This document shows, in pieces, positions 11,801 through 24,543 of a stretch of DNA of 64,000 bases; position 1 is the first letter of the stretch, and each line of letters starts with the position of its first letter. This DNA is from Perkinsus chesapeaki ATCC PRA-425. Lineage: Eukaryota > Protista > Perkinsozoa. The translations under genes were made by a program, and so were the position numbers. The stretch lies in the NCBI GenBank assembly GCA_013115145.1, contig JAAPAO010000129.1, forward strand, positions 3,001-67,000, in the 5' to 3' direction. The notes beneath the pieces are model-generated. The model was not told the origin of the DNA. It saw nothing but the letters and a program-made list of their open reading frames with translations, and made no database searches.

Positions 11801-14800
11801 CACTTCGACACGTTCCAGGAAATCGCCATGAGACAACTTCGAGGTCTCGGTCTCGATCCGGACGCCGTCGATGAATGTATGTTGATGTTGCAGTTGTTTG
11901 TTCTTGTTGAGCAGCCCTGGCATCCTCAGGCATGGTGCTGCTGGAGACTGTCAGGGACGATGTGGTGAATCCAGCTCTACGTGACCATGATGTGTTGAAA
12001 GTGCAGCAGGCCGCCAATCGCAAGCCTCTGTATGTTGAACGCCACTCTCACCGCTTGAAGTGTCGCGCAGAAACCCTAGCTCAACCTTCCGCTTCGAATC
12101 ACCACGAGGAAACACCGTAGAGCTGAAGGGCTGCGGTTGTTCGAAATTTTGTACGTAGTATTAAAAGTGAGTTGATTATAGGCTATTTCGGGAGTGATAC
12201 GGTTGACCATCCCAATCCTTTGAATCCTGTGATTCTACCCATATGCTCACAAGTCCTTACTCATCATCGGTATGTGATACTGCAGATATGATAGAATAGG
12301 CGGCGAACGTGCAGTTACACAGCTGGTTGATGAGCTGTATGGCAAGGCCTTGACAGATGACAGGCTTAGGAGCTTCTTTGAGAAGAATAAGGCAAAAGTA
12401 AGGGGGGGTGGGGCATAGCACCTTCGCTATGTACTCGTGACCATCTTACGGCTCACAATTCCTCTCCCACAGTGCTAAGCCAGTTTACGCTGTGACGCAA
12501 TGTTTCACGAGCGTTCATAGACGTTAAACGTCTGACGTTCTCTTTATGGCTCAACGCGACTACTTTCAGAGTCGTGCTGCTCCAGTGGGCTGCTTCGTAG
12601 CAAACTGTTTGAGTTTCTTCTTCTTCTTCTGCATAGGTTCAATCAATAAAGAAGAAGATGACTCAGTATATATGTGGGGCAGTTGGTGGGCCTTCAGCTT
12701 ATGATGTTGCCGATATGAAACCAGCCCATTACGCTATGAACATTACCAGCTTTCACTTCGATGCTGTTATAGAGATCCTTCGGGTTATCATGGGGCAAAT
12801 GGGCATGTCGACGTCCGATGCGGCGCAAGTGTCAAAGTAGGCTTCTTGGGGGCACCGCGTGGAGGTGGAGCTGCTGCTCTTCAGGGCATTACAGGGCGCG
12901 CGGGAAAGTGTATGCACCGGTTACATTGTACGCACTGAAGTGGCCAGGAGGAGCCTGGCTAAGGGCGCTGATCAGATGTTCCGGAGGTATCTAGGAAGTA
13001 CACTGAGTGTTCGAGGGGCTAGTGATTTCAGGCTTGGTGAATCGGAGGGCCTCACTAACATATTCAATATGGTCTTTAATATGGCTGTCAATGACCAAAG
13101 GATAAAGCACTTCTTTGAAAAGGATGTGGATAGGATAAAGCAAGGGAAGCTGACGTATATCATAAGCCAGCTTGGAGGGCCCAAGGCCTACGTCGGCCGG
13201 GACCTGCTGGATATTCATAGGGATCTCGGGGTAGTGATAAGGGACCTGCTGAAGAAGATGATGACGTAGTTGTTCAGGTTACTGACTACCACTTTGACTG
13301 TTTCATTGGTATATTCGGTAGAGCATTGCAAGGGGCTGGAATCGACGATGGCACCATTGATGAGGCCCTTATCACCTTGGAGCCACTCAGACGGTCAATA
13401 TTAGGAAGAACAGAGGAGGACGAGTAACAAGACAGACAGAGCTACATCTGCGTTCGACTTGTGGAAGAGCACTATACATAGGAATGGACAGTCTCGCCCG
13501 ATGAGATGGGATCCTTTATTTCTCTTCGTTTTCCTGTAGTTCAATACGTGCCACTGGTGTAGCCCAACCTTAGTAACGTACAGAGCTCCGTTTGGAATTG
13601 AATGACTCGCCGCTGTTCAACCTCGGCATGTATGAGGCATCCTGCCAGGTTCCGCGCCCTTGCCTTTAAAGACGGTGAATCTATGATAGAAAGAATCGGA
13701 GGTTAGGCTACTATTGTCGTTCCCTATGCGCATGCTGCCGTATAGGGGACATGAATTTGGAGACGTTCGTGGAGTTCACATTCCAGTTGGCAGTGAAAGA
13801 CGATCGTATACGTTATTACTTCGACAAGAGCCGGTCTAAAGTGAATCAGATAGAGAAGAAATTCTATCAGTATTTATCTGGAGTATTTGGAGGACCGGTA
13901 AGAAGGAGGACCACGGCAATTTCGCGGCGCGTGACTCGCAGTGTCGGCCCCTCAGGTCCAGTATAACAGCGCAGATTTGAAACCAGCTCACTACGATATG
14001 AATCTGACTAACTTCCATTTCGATGCCTTCCTGGAGGCAATGGCGGCCGCAGCGGTACAGATGGAGCTTTCGGAGGATGTTGCTGATGATGCTATAGTTA
14101 TAGTTAATAGAGTTCGAACAGATGTTACCACAGGTAAGCTTACTCATTTCTACCAAGTTTTCATGTTGATACCTCTTTGCCGACGATCCTTTGTCGAACC
14201 AACTTGGTTGATTGATCCTCCGTAGTGGTGTCTTCAACGCTGACCTCATCTGGTCCTTTCTCTCATCATCTGTAGCCGAGGGCGGCGCTAACTGTGTACA
14301 TTTCCGTCTCACTCACAGTTGCAGCAATTCACTTAGCTCCTAGGGCTCTCCCTCTAGGTTATTCTATTCGGCATGAAGTAGCGACAAGGCGAACGCACGG
14401 TATGGGTGAAACGCTTTATCAAAGATTAGGTGGAACCGACGGTCTCACAGACTTTGTGAGCCGGTAAGACTATCGATGCCCGCTCTTTGGTGAGTAGAAG
14501 TGGTCGTAGACTTTACGAAGTGGTCGAGCGAGACAAACGCATTAATAACTTCTTTGGAGCTGCCAAGCTAGCTGTTGTAAGGAAAGGACAGACGGAGTTC
14601 CTTGCACAAGTAAGCTGATGCCCATAATACAGATCAATTGCCGAGAGTTGCCTAGGCTCTTGGGGGTTCTGAAATGGAGTACAAAGGGAGAAGTCTAGAG
14701 GAGATACACTCGGTATGGATCAGCAGTTCCGTTACCTTAGGCTTTCGCTGCATACATTGGTGGCTTCGTGTAGGTATTGTCGATGACAGACTACCATCTC

Positions 14801-15002
14801 GATTCTTTCTTAAATGATGTGGCACGGGCATTAAAGTGAGCACTGATCTCGCCGCGTTGCTGCAGTAGTGTGATGTTATGTATTCGACTTCAGGGATCTC
14901 GGACAAGACGATGAGACCGTTGATGAGGTTATCGTTAGCCTGGAGCAACTGCGAGGTCAGATCCTCAAGACCTACTACGTTCGAATGGGCTATCAAGTGT
15001 GA
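8815..15002 (+). CDS. Multidomain globin: eight tandem group-I truncated (2/2) hemoglobin domains
   Basis: Eight repeats of (L/I)(Y/W)xR(L/I/V)GG...D.R...F...GGP..Y....H....T..HFD; proximal His F8 present in all eight. All three inter-pair junctions splice in frame by GT-AG rules. Start codon tentative; stop TGA at 15000-15002. Confidence 0.88.
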
Positions 15003-15179
15003 CTACCTTGAACAAGGCTTCAGCCTACCTTCATTGCATTCATCACATGCCTTTGTTGTTGTCTAACTGGGAAAGGTTATTGTGTTGTCAATAAAGCTGT
15101 AATTTAATCGTACCGTTGCAGTGATTTGCAGATAATAGCAATAGGTCATTTCTCCAATACAGGACAGCTTAGCTTCCTG

Positions 15180-18100
15180 CCTCTCTTGCGGTGTTTTACC
15201 GTTGTATTGCTTGGAGTAGTGCCCTATAGGGTGGCTTCAGCCGTAAGCAGCCGAAGCATCACATACCCTACTACTGGGGCCGCCTTGTAGATTGTATACT
15301 CCTCGCTTTCCGCTAGTCCAGCCAGCCCCTTTGCGGGTACACTATTCAACATTACTCTAGCCGGCACAGGCTTTACTGCCGCTAACAGTCTGGCTATAGT
15401 TAAAGGTAACACCAACCGGTGAATGGCAGCCTATACCATTATCATTAGCTTCGACAGCATCTTGCAATGATCCTGGACGTATGATATTCACCAACTCCCT
15501 ATGTATGTCTGAGGGATTTCCTCAGCAGTGCAAGTCTCATGCCAGGTTCAGCCTCAGCAGCAGGCCTTGTCTGCCCAGATTTCACAATCTATATGACTGG
15601 CACCTACACAGTCTGCGTATGCCCCTGGTCGACATGTGAGCCGCCGCTCAAGTGTGTTCCACTAACCTGGCGTTACCCCCTTCTCAGGCGTTACAGGCTC
15701 AGCAGCATACAACGGGTCTCTGCCAAGCTCTATGTTTTTCAAGACCTTCACAGTCTCGGGTCCCATGTGAGCTACTCGGCATTGCTGGTATCATGCATTC
15801 CCCCTCCTCAGTCCATCCGATAGTGAGAGTACCATAGTCGCTGGCGATACCGGTACCATTCTACTATCGGGAACGGGCTTCCAAGCGGCCGATAGGATCA
15901 AGCTGGTCAGCTGGCATAGTGGACTTAATAGCAGCTTCACATCTGACAGGTCTTCCCGACGACCGTTTCGGATTCCCAACCTTGCTCTGATGGAGTTGAT
16001 TATTTGAACGCCACTGCAGGCCTGGACAGTCTCTCCCCTTCTAGCGCAGGTTAGCCTTGTTGGTTCACTCTACTGGGATGATGGTTACTTTTAGGGTCCT
16101 CAACGTTGAGGTGGAACAATGTACTTGCGATAAAGCCAGCAGTGTTAAATGTATGCTATTGCTCGCCAGCTGCTGGGATGATGTGTAAGCAGTCTTCGTT
16201 GTCCGCTTGCTCACTTGTTGATGTTGCTCACCATCTCGAGGAGTAGTCCTGATTCGTCCCTTAGGCACTGTCTACGGCGGAACCCTCACGGTCCTCGGGC
16301 CAACTCCGGGCCAAACACAGTCAGCAGCTCTATCTGCTGGACTCTATAGTGATTTGAGAATACAAGGCACGGGACTAAGTAAGGAGACTTTGTATACCTC
16401 CCGCTGAGGTTGCCGCCGGTCCAACTCGCCTGATTAGGTACACTTAGTCGGATAAAGGTATTACCTTCTACACAGCTATGTGGTAGCTCTGTATCCGACA
16501 CCCCAAGTCTTCTCTCCATACCGACTTTCCCTCAACTTGCCGATGATGGTTCCGTAGTTTATAACAGTAAGGGAGTTTATGCCGTCCTTCCAGCAGTGCC
16601 CTCTTCCTCTGTCAGATACTCTCTTTGGGGCGCCTGGCTTCTATAGATTGTGTTGGTGTGGTAAGATGACCATGCCCGAGTGTAAGTTACAGAATCCTTA
16701 AGTCACTCGCCAACTCCACTGTAGGCCGTATATGTTGCGAATCACCATGGGACTTCACCGTAGAGGCAGGCCTAGTGGACGTTACTGGACCGTTTGGAAA
16801 CGTCATCATCAGCCCTCCCCAGGGGCTTGGCTCTCCCTTCGACATAGCGATAAGGGGCACTGGCCTTGCAGATGGTGACCGACTGCGCATAATCGCTTTT
16901 TCTCAACAATGTAGGTATCGTTATTAACTGTTTGTGCTCCACCTCTTCTCGCAGGTTCGATAACTGATAGCCAATCCAATGACGCAGGGTTAATAGTGCC
17001 CCCACTAGGACCACGCTCCAGCGGCAACAGTAACATCACAGCAGTCCCTGCCAACAGCTCCCTGCTCACATTCCCAGGCACTGATTCGGTGTGGTCCGGT
17101 GTGGTTATTGGCGTCCCCGGCAACTACAGGACATGTTACTGTGCCTCTCTTGGGGATGATTGTACAGCCTTCCCTGTCAGTGTTGGTAGGCCAGGCCATC
17201 GTCGCACCAGGATGGGCATTCACTCTTCAACAGGCATCATCAACTCCAACAGCGGCCCTCTTGCAACACTCCCATTATCTACAACTAAGCTGACTGCCGG
17301 GGAGCTCTTCGCTGTTCAAGTGCAGCACCGTGGTGTGTCTCTGGAGTCGAAGGCCATGCGTATTAGAATAGTGAGTGCCATCATACTCAATGCTGTCCAC
17401 CATGTCATTGTTGAATGCCAGGTATCTGCCTCTGTGGCGTGTGGTAGGCTTGGTGCAAGCTCCAACCATGTTTCGGTAAGGGCCAGGGCGGACACCGGTA
17501 CCGGTTCGCTAGTATGGCCACCTAACATCTGGTTAGCGGCACCTTCGTTGAGTAAACCTCCTGTGAGGTGGCTGTGTATTTTCCCAGCACACTGTTGCGA
17601 TGGATTTCCTGAGCTTAACACTGGGAACCCTCGCCGATAGAAGCGTGCGCGGCTGGTCTTACCAGCCTCGTCATTACAAGTAGATCGACCGTTCCCGAAA
17701 CTTTCTCGAGAACTGCTTTGATGTCCGGTCCATGCAGACGACACTGTGCCAAGTTGTATATTCCAGCTGCACGCGCCATGGGACGTGCCTTCCCCCCTTC
17801 AGGTCCCCTCGACTATATGTGATTCCGGTGCCTGTTCGACTACCTCTGTGCTGCAAGGGGCTGCCACTCGTCTTGTTGGGAATGATAAGGACATACTGGA
17901 GTGGTCTAGGGTTACTGTAACAGGATCTGGCCTCTATAAGATATGTACGGTACACTGGCGAGACCGCCATCCGAGGGCCCTCGGTCAGGTACCTGCCCTG
18001 ATGGGCCGTGCTCTGAGGACGCTCACTTCCTGGTGGAGTCTGGTCGCTTCACCGTAGTCGGTGTGGCTGACAGTAGCCAGGAGTTTGTCTGTAGCGCTTA

Positions 18101-21100
18101 CTCGGCTGATTGCACTATTAGGATAGGTATGGATGATGAAGCTGCCTTGGATGACGGTAAGCTATGCAGCATTACCGCCGCCGCTACCTTCATAGGGAGT
18201 GCCTCAGGAAGTGGCGGCCTTATAATTCTACCATCATGGGGCATATGTGGTAGCGATGAGCCCATCTTAAACACGGTGTTCAGTAGGGGGACTACACTAT
18301 CAGGCACCAGGCAGGATCAGACATCGCCACTGTTGATGTGAGACTGGGCTATTAGGTACTCATCCCAGACGGTACAGTTCGAGGCCGGCATACCACAGCA
18401 AGTTGGCATATTCAACCTATGCTGGTGTCCAGGAAGCTCTGCTACATGCACAGAGCTGTCAGACTACCTGGTCCCTGCTGGGACGCTCAAGTCCAAGGGT
18501 CTCACTTCACATACTTCCACTCAAGTAACGCAGCCTCGCCCTCCCTTTCCTTTACCCTCGGTGGTAGGTCTGCTACCTTCGAGTTGCCTGCAGACTTTTC
18601 GTATCGGGCGATGTGACGGTGTCAGATCGGATAATTGCGATCGACTCCAGCACCGGTCGTTGTGGGCGAATAGGCACACGTGAGAGATTGGCAGTGCCCG
18701 TCTGAGGTCATTGTCCTGTCTCAGGCACATATGGAACGCATGACAACACCTTTGATAGTCCGGCTAATGGTGGGTTGTTCATCGACGGTCAAAGTTACTT
18801 TGGTGCGTCTGCCCTCAACTCCGAGACCAACACTATAACCGTGTCTCTGGGGGTACACTACAGCCCGACGCTACTAGACATTTATGAACCTTATGCCTCA
18901 GACTCCTCGAGTGTTTGGCAGCTATAAGCTCTGCCACTGTGATGGTGTTAGTGATGACTGCGGCAGCGCTGATGACTTCTTCAGCAATGCCGGCCGTATA
19001 GTCATCCGGGGGCCATCATTCGGTAAGTCATTTCCTCTGTGGTGTGATGCTACCTGGACGACGACCTTTAGGTGATTCTGTATGGCCCTGTGATCAAGGC
19101 ATGTCTTGTCTTCTGGATATAACTGCTGATGGATTTGCAGAGAGTGATGGGGTATTGTTGATAAACGAGAACGAAGACTGTGGGCTGCTGAGGACTCCGG
19201 TATGCTATTACCATTGAAGGCCGCCGCTACTGCTGCCGTTCAGAATTCATCACCGAGCTACCTTGGCACAATTGATGCCCTTAACGCAGAGCAAACACAG
19301 GCCACCTTCATAGTCAGTGAAATAGAGTGGCCAGGTCGATACAAGGTTAGAATCACACTAACACTCGTTAGCCTTAGCCTTGGAGTTCATCAGGTCTGCT
19401 ACTGTGCGTTTGTCAGCAGCACCAGTGGAAGACTGTGTGATGGGTCTGCCGGCATGGTGGGTCTCAGTCGGCTTCCAAGTCACCTCACAATTTATCTCCT
19501 CAGGAGCACTTTGAAGCCCCTATTGGTACTGTCGTTGTAGCCGGTCGTATTTCGGAAATCAGCATCAGACAGGCTCCTTTCAGTAAGCTTTGTTACCCAT
19601 CCGTGGTGGCCCAGTCAATGCTCCCTAGGTACCGCTCAAGTTGCCTCCATAGGAGTGTATGCCATTACCTCGGGCGGCTCGGTGGTGTGTTCGGCCCTAG
19701 CCGGACCTACCGTCAACGGAACCGTTCCCACTCATGCCGAAATTCGCTTTGCATGTGAGGATGTCGATGGACTAGGAGGTAGGCCGCCTGTCTTCGGTGA
19801 TGGGAAGCCATATTTTAGGTGTGACGTGTCTCGGAGTTCATCAGCCCAGTGACTCGCTCATCGCTGGCCTCAACTTGGTAGAGTGTATTGTGTCATTGTC
19901 CCCTCCCCAATGGCAGCTTGTAAGGTTCACATACCCTTACTGGCGGCGCAAAACTTGACAACAGCCCATGTCTGGTGCTTCCACACTCAGCAGTGCCCGG
20001 ACACCGAGGAACAATGCTCAGCTCTCCCACTTAACGGGGAGGGTGTCAGAGTGCCACTTCAACCTGGGATAAGTAGGGCTTGCTCAGTAAGAGGTCCGGC
20101 CGTGATGCCGTGTACAGGTACACAGCGGCAAGAGTTCGAGGCGATCATCCAGGTGTCTCTGTCCATCTATGTACCCTTCAGTGGCCTGCATCAGAGCAAC
20201 TATGGTAAATATGGATGGGGTAAGCTATGCGACCCTATGCCTCCTTGTTTGTAGGTACACGAGATTGGGCTAGACTCAAGATCGGCTACGAGGAGGACTG
20301 TAAGCCTTTGACCCACCGCGCGGCACTGATCGCGAAATCAGGTGGTGGCTCCCTGGCAACCTCTGTACTCGGCCTCAGCTGTGCGAACGCTGTCATCTGT
20401 CTCACCCCTCCAACAAGTATGAGCCTTCTCGGAATGACTTGGTCAAATATCACCATCACTCGAGTGGGAAGCATGGCCGCATGGGCAGTATAAAGTTCAG
20501 TATCATTCAGGCCACCCCAGCTGGTGTAGAAGAAGGAATGCATGTTTGCTACTGTGACAGACTAAGGCTCGCAACTGGTGCTTGCTATGACTGGATCAAC
20601 ATAGGTATAAGGGTCAAGCGGAATTCTATATCATCGCGGATACCTCCTGCCTATCTAGGTTCAATCACCATTGGAGGCCCTGTAGTGGATCCCACAGCGC
20701 AGCCCTTAGTCACGAATCCAGTAGAGCTCACCACCAGTCTCATCATCACCGGCCGTATGCTGGACCCAGACAACCGTATCCTCCTCGTGGATGAGGCGTC
20801 TTCCTGTGGCCTACCGCCATCGAACGGCTCCTTCGCCGCCGGTAGCGCCACACGGGTTTCGCGTATCTTTCAAGACTGCTGTCTGTCAGGCCTAGCCTTC
20901 CTCGAGGTCCACGCTATGAGCAACCTCTCTGACGGAACCCAGTCCCAAGAGTTCCGTCTACCCCAGCTGACCGCGTTGGGACTGTACCGTGCCTGTTGGT
21001 GCGGCACAGCTCCGTGCGACGCCGCATTCCTCTTTCCAGTTCAAGTTGGTCGAGTCCTGGTAGAGCAGAGGATCGACTGTGCTGTTGGCAGCTGGTGGGC

Positions 21101-24100
21101 CACTGGTGATTGCTCCAAGGCGTGTGGCTCTGGCACGCAAGTCCTCCGGAGGAATATTATGGTAAATCCTAGAGGCGGAGGGACGCCCTGTCCCATCGAG
21201 GAGCTCCTCACCAAAACCGTGCAATGCAACACTGACCTGTGCCCGATTGCAGAGGTCCAGTCAGCAGTCACAGTCCCGACCGACATCTCGGCAGGCAGCG
21301 CCTTCAAGGTGGTTATAGACGGTGACAAGCTATCCCCGGCTGAGGACCGAATCATGTTACTGCCATCTACATCAACTCAGTGCGGAGATGACAACGTCAC
21401 CCATTACGGAGGGGCAGCCTGTGATTATGAAGGCCATCACGCTAAACGATTGGTGTGTGGCGACGGCGTATCGAGTATTCGTATAACAAGCGCGGCATCC
21501 GTGAGTCTCATGTCTGCTGCCCTGTAGCCTATCACCATACCTGTTCAGGTTCGGATATGTGTATGTGACTATGACTATACCGCTAGTGAGTCACTTGTTC
21601 TTCACTGGAGACCTTCATGATCATGGTTTCGTAATTTCAGGCAAGATAGCCACATCCGGTACCGTAGCCTCGGCGACGGTGGAGCCGTGCAGCAAGGTCT
21701 CCCACTACGAGCTGCAGCCTGCCTCTGGTGGGCTCATAAAGATAAATCCCTCCAGTGACTTTGGGCTCATTGTCGAGCCCAGTACGACAGGCCAGAAAGG
21801 CAGCTCTACTTGGCCAGTCGTTGTGATTGCCGGCCTAGTGTGCGTGCTGGCCATGGCTGGAGCTCTGGCGCTATACCATCGTTCAAAGCGAAAGGAGAAA
21901 TACAGTCCTGTAAGTATTAGATGAAGAGCGGTAGATTAGAGAAGCCTCTCCACTGTTAGGATCCCGATGGTGAACCAGCCTCCGACGCCCCTAGTGCCGC
22001 GATGATCGGGGACGATCTTCCCAGTTTCGACTTCATCAAGGCTTGGGACGACTACTACGTCTCTATAGGCTACAGGAGAGGTGCCACCATCATCACCGCC
22101 TCTTCATTATCCAGCAGTCCAGGCACGGCCTTCGAGATGTTCGGTATAACACCCGAGGGATTCACTGCTCCGAAGCCCTTGGCAATATCTGACATGGTCC
22201 CCACTCCTCCGCGCAGCCGTGCAGTAGGCCATCAGTGCGCTTGGTCGGGGCCAACATTGGATCTTTCTTCTTGTTTAGGGGTCCTTCAATGCCGGCTATG
22301 GCTACCCGTATGATACCGGTCCTTCCTCATTACCACAGCTGATGGTGAGAGACATAACCGCTGGCATCTGTGAATAGTTGGCATCATACAGGCACCCCAG
22401 ATGATGATGCGTCCAATGACCCCTCCGACAGAGTATGCTCTACCACAGCCAGCGCCTATGCTGGCCCTGCCCTACTATGATGAGGATGGGGGGCAGTATG
22501 ATAGCTACCAGTACGGTAGATCAGTAGCTTCACCATCTCTGGACATGTCCCTGCCGAGGCCACTCACTCCTCGAACTGCTGCTGCCAGTACTGTTGTGCA
22601 TTCGCTGATCCATTAATCTCACTTAGGTTTCCTCAACCAGGAGCTCAGCCCTCTACCAGCTTGGCAGGACCCATCTGATAGGGAGCGTGACCAGAAGGAT
22701 ATTAAGAGCAGTCCTGGTAGGCATCCCCGGTGCCCCTCGGCCATGCGTGTTGCCAAATAGTTCTAAGCGCGACGGCTGATGGGATCGTTGGAGATACAGG
22801 GGGCGAGGAAGCAGGCGGCGAAGCGACGCAGTCCGGAAAAGTTAATGGCAAGGTAGGTTTCGGAGATGCGATGAACCCTAACGCAACGGTTATGGCCGGG
22901 AAGCTTGGCCCAGGAGCGTTGTCTTGCCGATTGGCAGGTTACAGCCTTGATGAGGTCCGGCACGAAAGGCCTGCGAGCCCTCGGTAAATCATTTACTAGC
23001 CATAACAAGCAGATGTTCAATACGCTGATGTCGAGGAGCAAGCGGGCGGAGGTCGCATCCGTTGTCGACGATGAGAAGCCTCCTGCGGTAGGCAGCATGT
23101 CTCCTACTGCCTCGCGTACTTTGACCGCGCTTTGCTGTTCAAGGTGCCCCCCACTGCTTCCAGCAGCAAAGACTTGTTTGAAGGGTCGCTTCCTGACCGC
23201 GAGGGTTTGGAAGCTCAGGCAGTGGAGAGGGAGGATCGAATGGTGGGTGGCAGTCGGGAGCATTTGCGTTACTACGTTCGCGTTTCGGTAGGATGTTGGC
23301 CGGTCACGGTCGCCGAGCGTCCTGCCTCCTCCTGGTGCTCCAAAAGTCCTACCGCTTGCCGAGCTGGAGTCGGAAACTCCGGCAAAGGCACAACCTCTGG
23401 CAGCTCCAGATGCTTTGCCGAATCCGGACGACAACAAGGAGAAGTCACCGCCGAGTGAAGGGGGGGACGCCCAGAAGGGAGCGAAGGCGGAAGTAACAGA
23501 GACGGCCGAGGATGGGGTTGCACGGGAGGTGGATAACTCGGTCAAGCCCGAGACGAAGGTTTGCCAACTAGTAGGATGGTAACTCTTACCACTTTACCTT
23601 TCAGAAGGAGGAGGAGCACAGCGCCGAGGAGAAGGATCCTCTTGAGCAGACCCATAAATCTGTTACCAGCCTTCTGTCTGCTGGCTTTTCATCCCGCCGA
23701 GGCTCTACGGAGGTATCTTACTATTAGCGAGTATAACTGCGGTCGAGGCGCCCTGTCAGGATGATGCTTTGGCTGGCAACACTGTCCCTTTGCCTGGTGC
23801 TATCCCCGCTGTGGATGAGCCCCTTACTCAGAGAGAGCCAGCATCGGTGAGATTGGCCTGGATGCCTCCTGTCCGGGGTATCTGTTGTATCAGGCATCCT
23901 CCACCACACGGAAGGCTCCTCCCCCTCCTATCAATTCAGTGGACAATAACGACAATGGTGAGCCTACCTCCTTTCCAGCGTCCATTCTCAGCAGCCTCAG
24001 GTTCCTTGGTAGATCCTCTAGACTTTTCAAGCACTAGTAGCATGCTCAAGTACAAGCCGATCGAATCACTGATGAAATCGCCAAAGGGAAAGTAGGTGCC

Positions 24101-24501
24101 CTTGCTGCCACTCCCCATTTCCTACCAGGTTCTCCCTCGGCCGTATGGCTGAGAGCAACAAGACAGCTGGAATCCTTGGAAACCTTGAACGTAGTGCTCC
24201 CTCGACCCCCAGGCAACCTGCGTCGCCAACATCGGTCAAGAGTCGCTCTAGCGGCGGCGGAGGCGGAGGCTTTCAGTCGCAACGTAAGTCACGCCACTGA
24301 GTCGGCTTTGCCGTGCATCAATCTCCTCAGCGCCTAGTGTGACACATATTCGAGGACCCCCCAGCGGTAGGAGTGTTGCGGTACCCTGCCAATCTATATC
24401 CTTGGCTAGGTCTGTTTTCTAGTGGAAGGTCCCCCAGAAGTCCAGCAGTTGGAGGCAGCTCTCCGAGGTCGGGGCCTTCCCCTCCTCCTCCCCAAGTATA
24501 A
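15180..24501 (+). CDS. Giant type-I membrane protein: signal peptide, about 10 Cys-containing repeat modules, TSP1 domain, TM helix, long disordered tail
   Basis: Hydrophobic leader LLRCFTVVLLGVVPYRVASA; recurring G-x-Y-x-x-C-x-C motifs; TSP1 CAVGSWWATGDCSKACGSGTQVLRR...CNTDLCP (about 21075-21245); TM WPVVVIAGLVCVLAMAGALALY then HRSKRKEK (about 21811-21900). Start codon and 3' extent (22760 vs 24501) uncertain. Confidence 0.7.
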
Positions 24502-24543
24502 CATTAGTGGCTTGTGCTGCTCGATCCATTTGTATAACTTGGA

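Noticed and set aside
22763-23545. 260-aa minus-strand ORF
   Set aside because: It is the antisense shadow of plus-strand low-complexity exons that have proper splice sites, and shows no domain.
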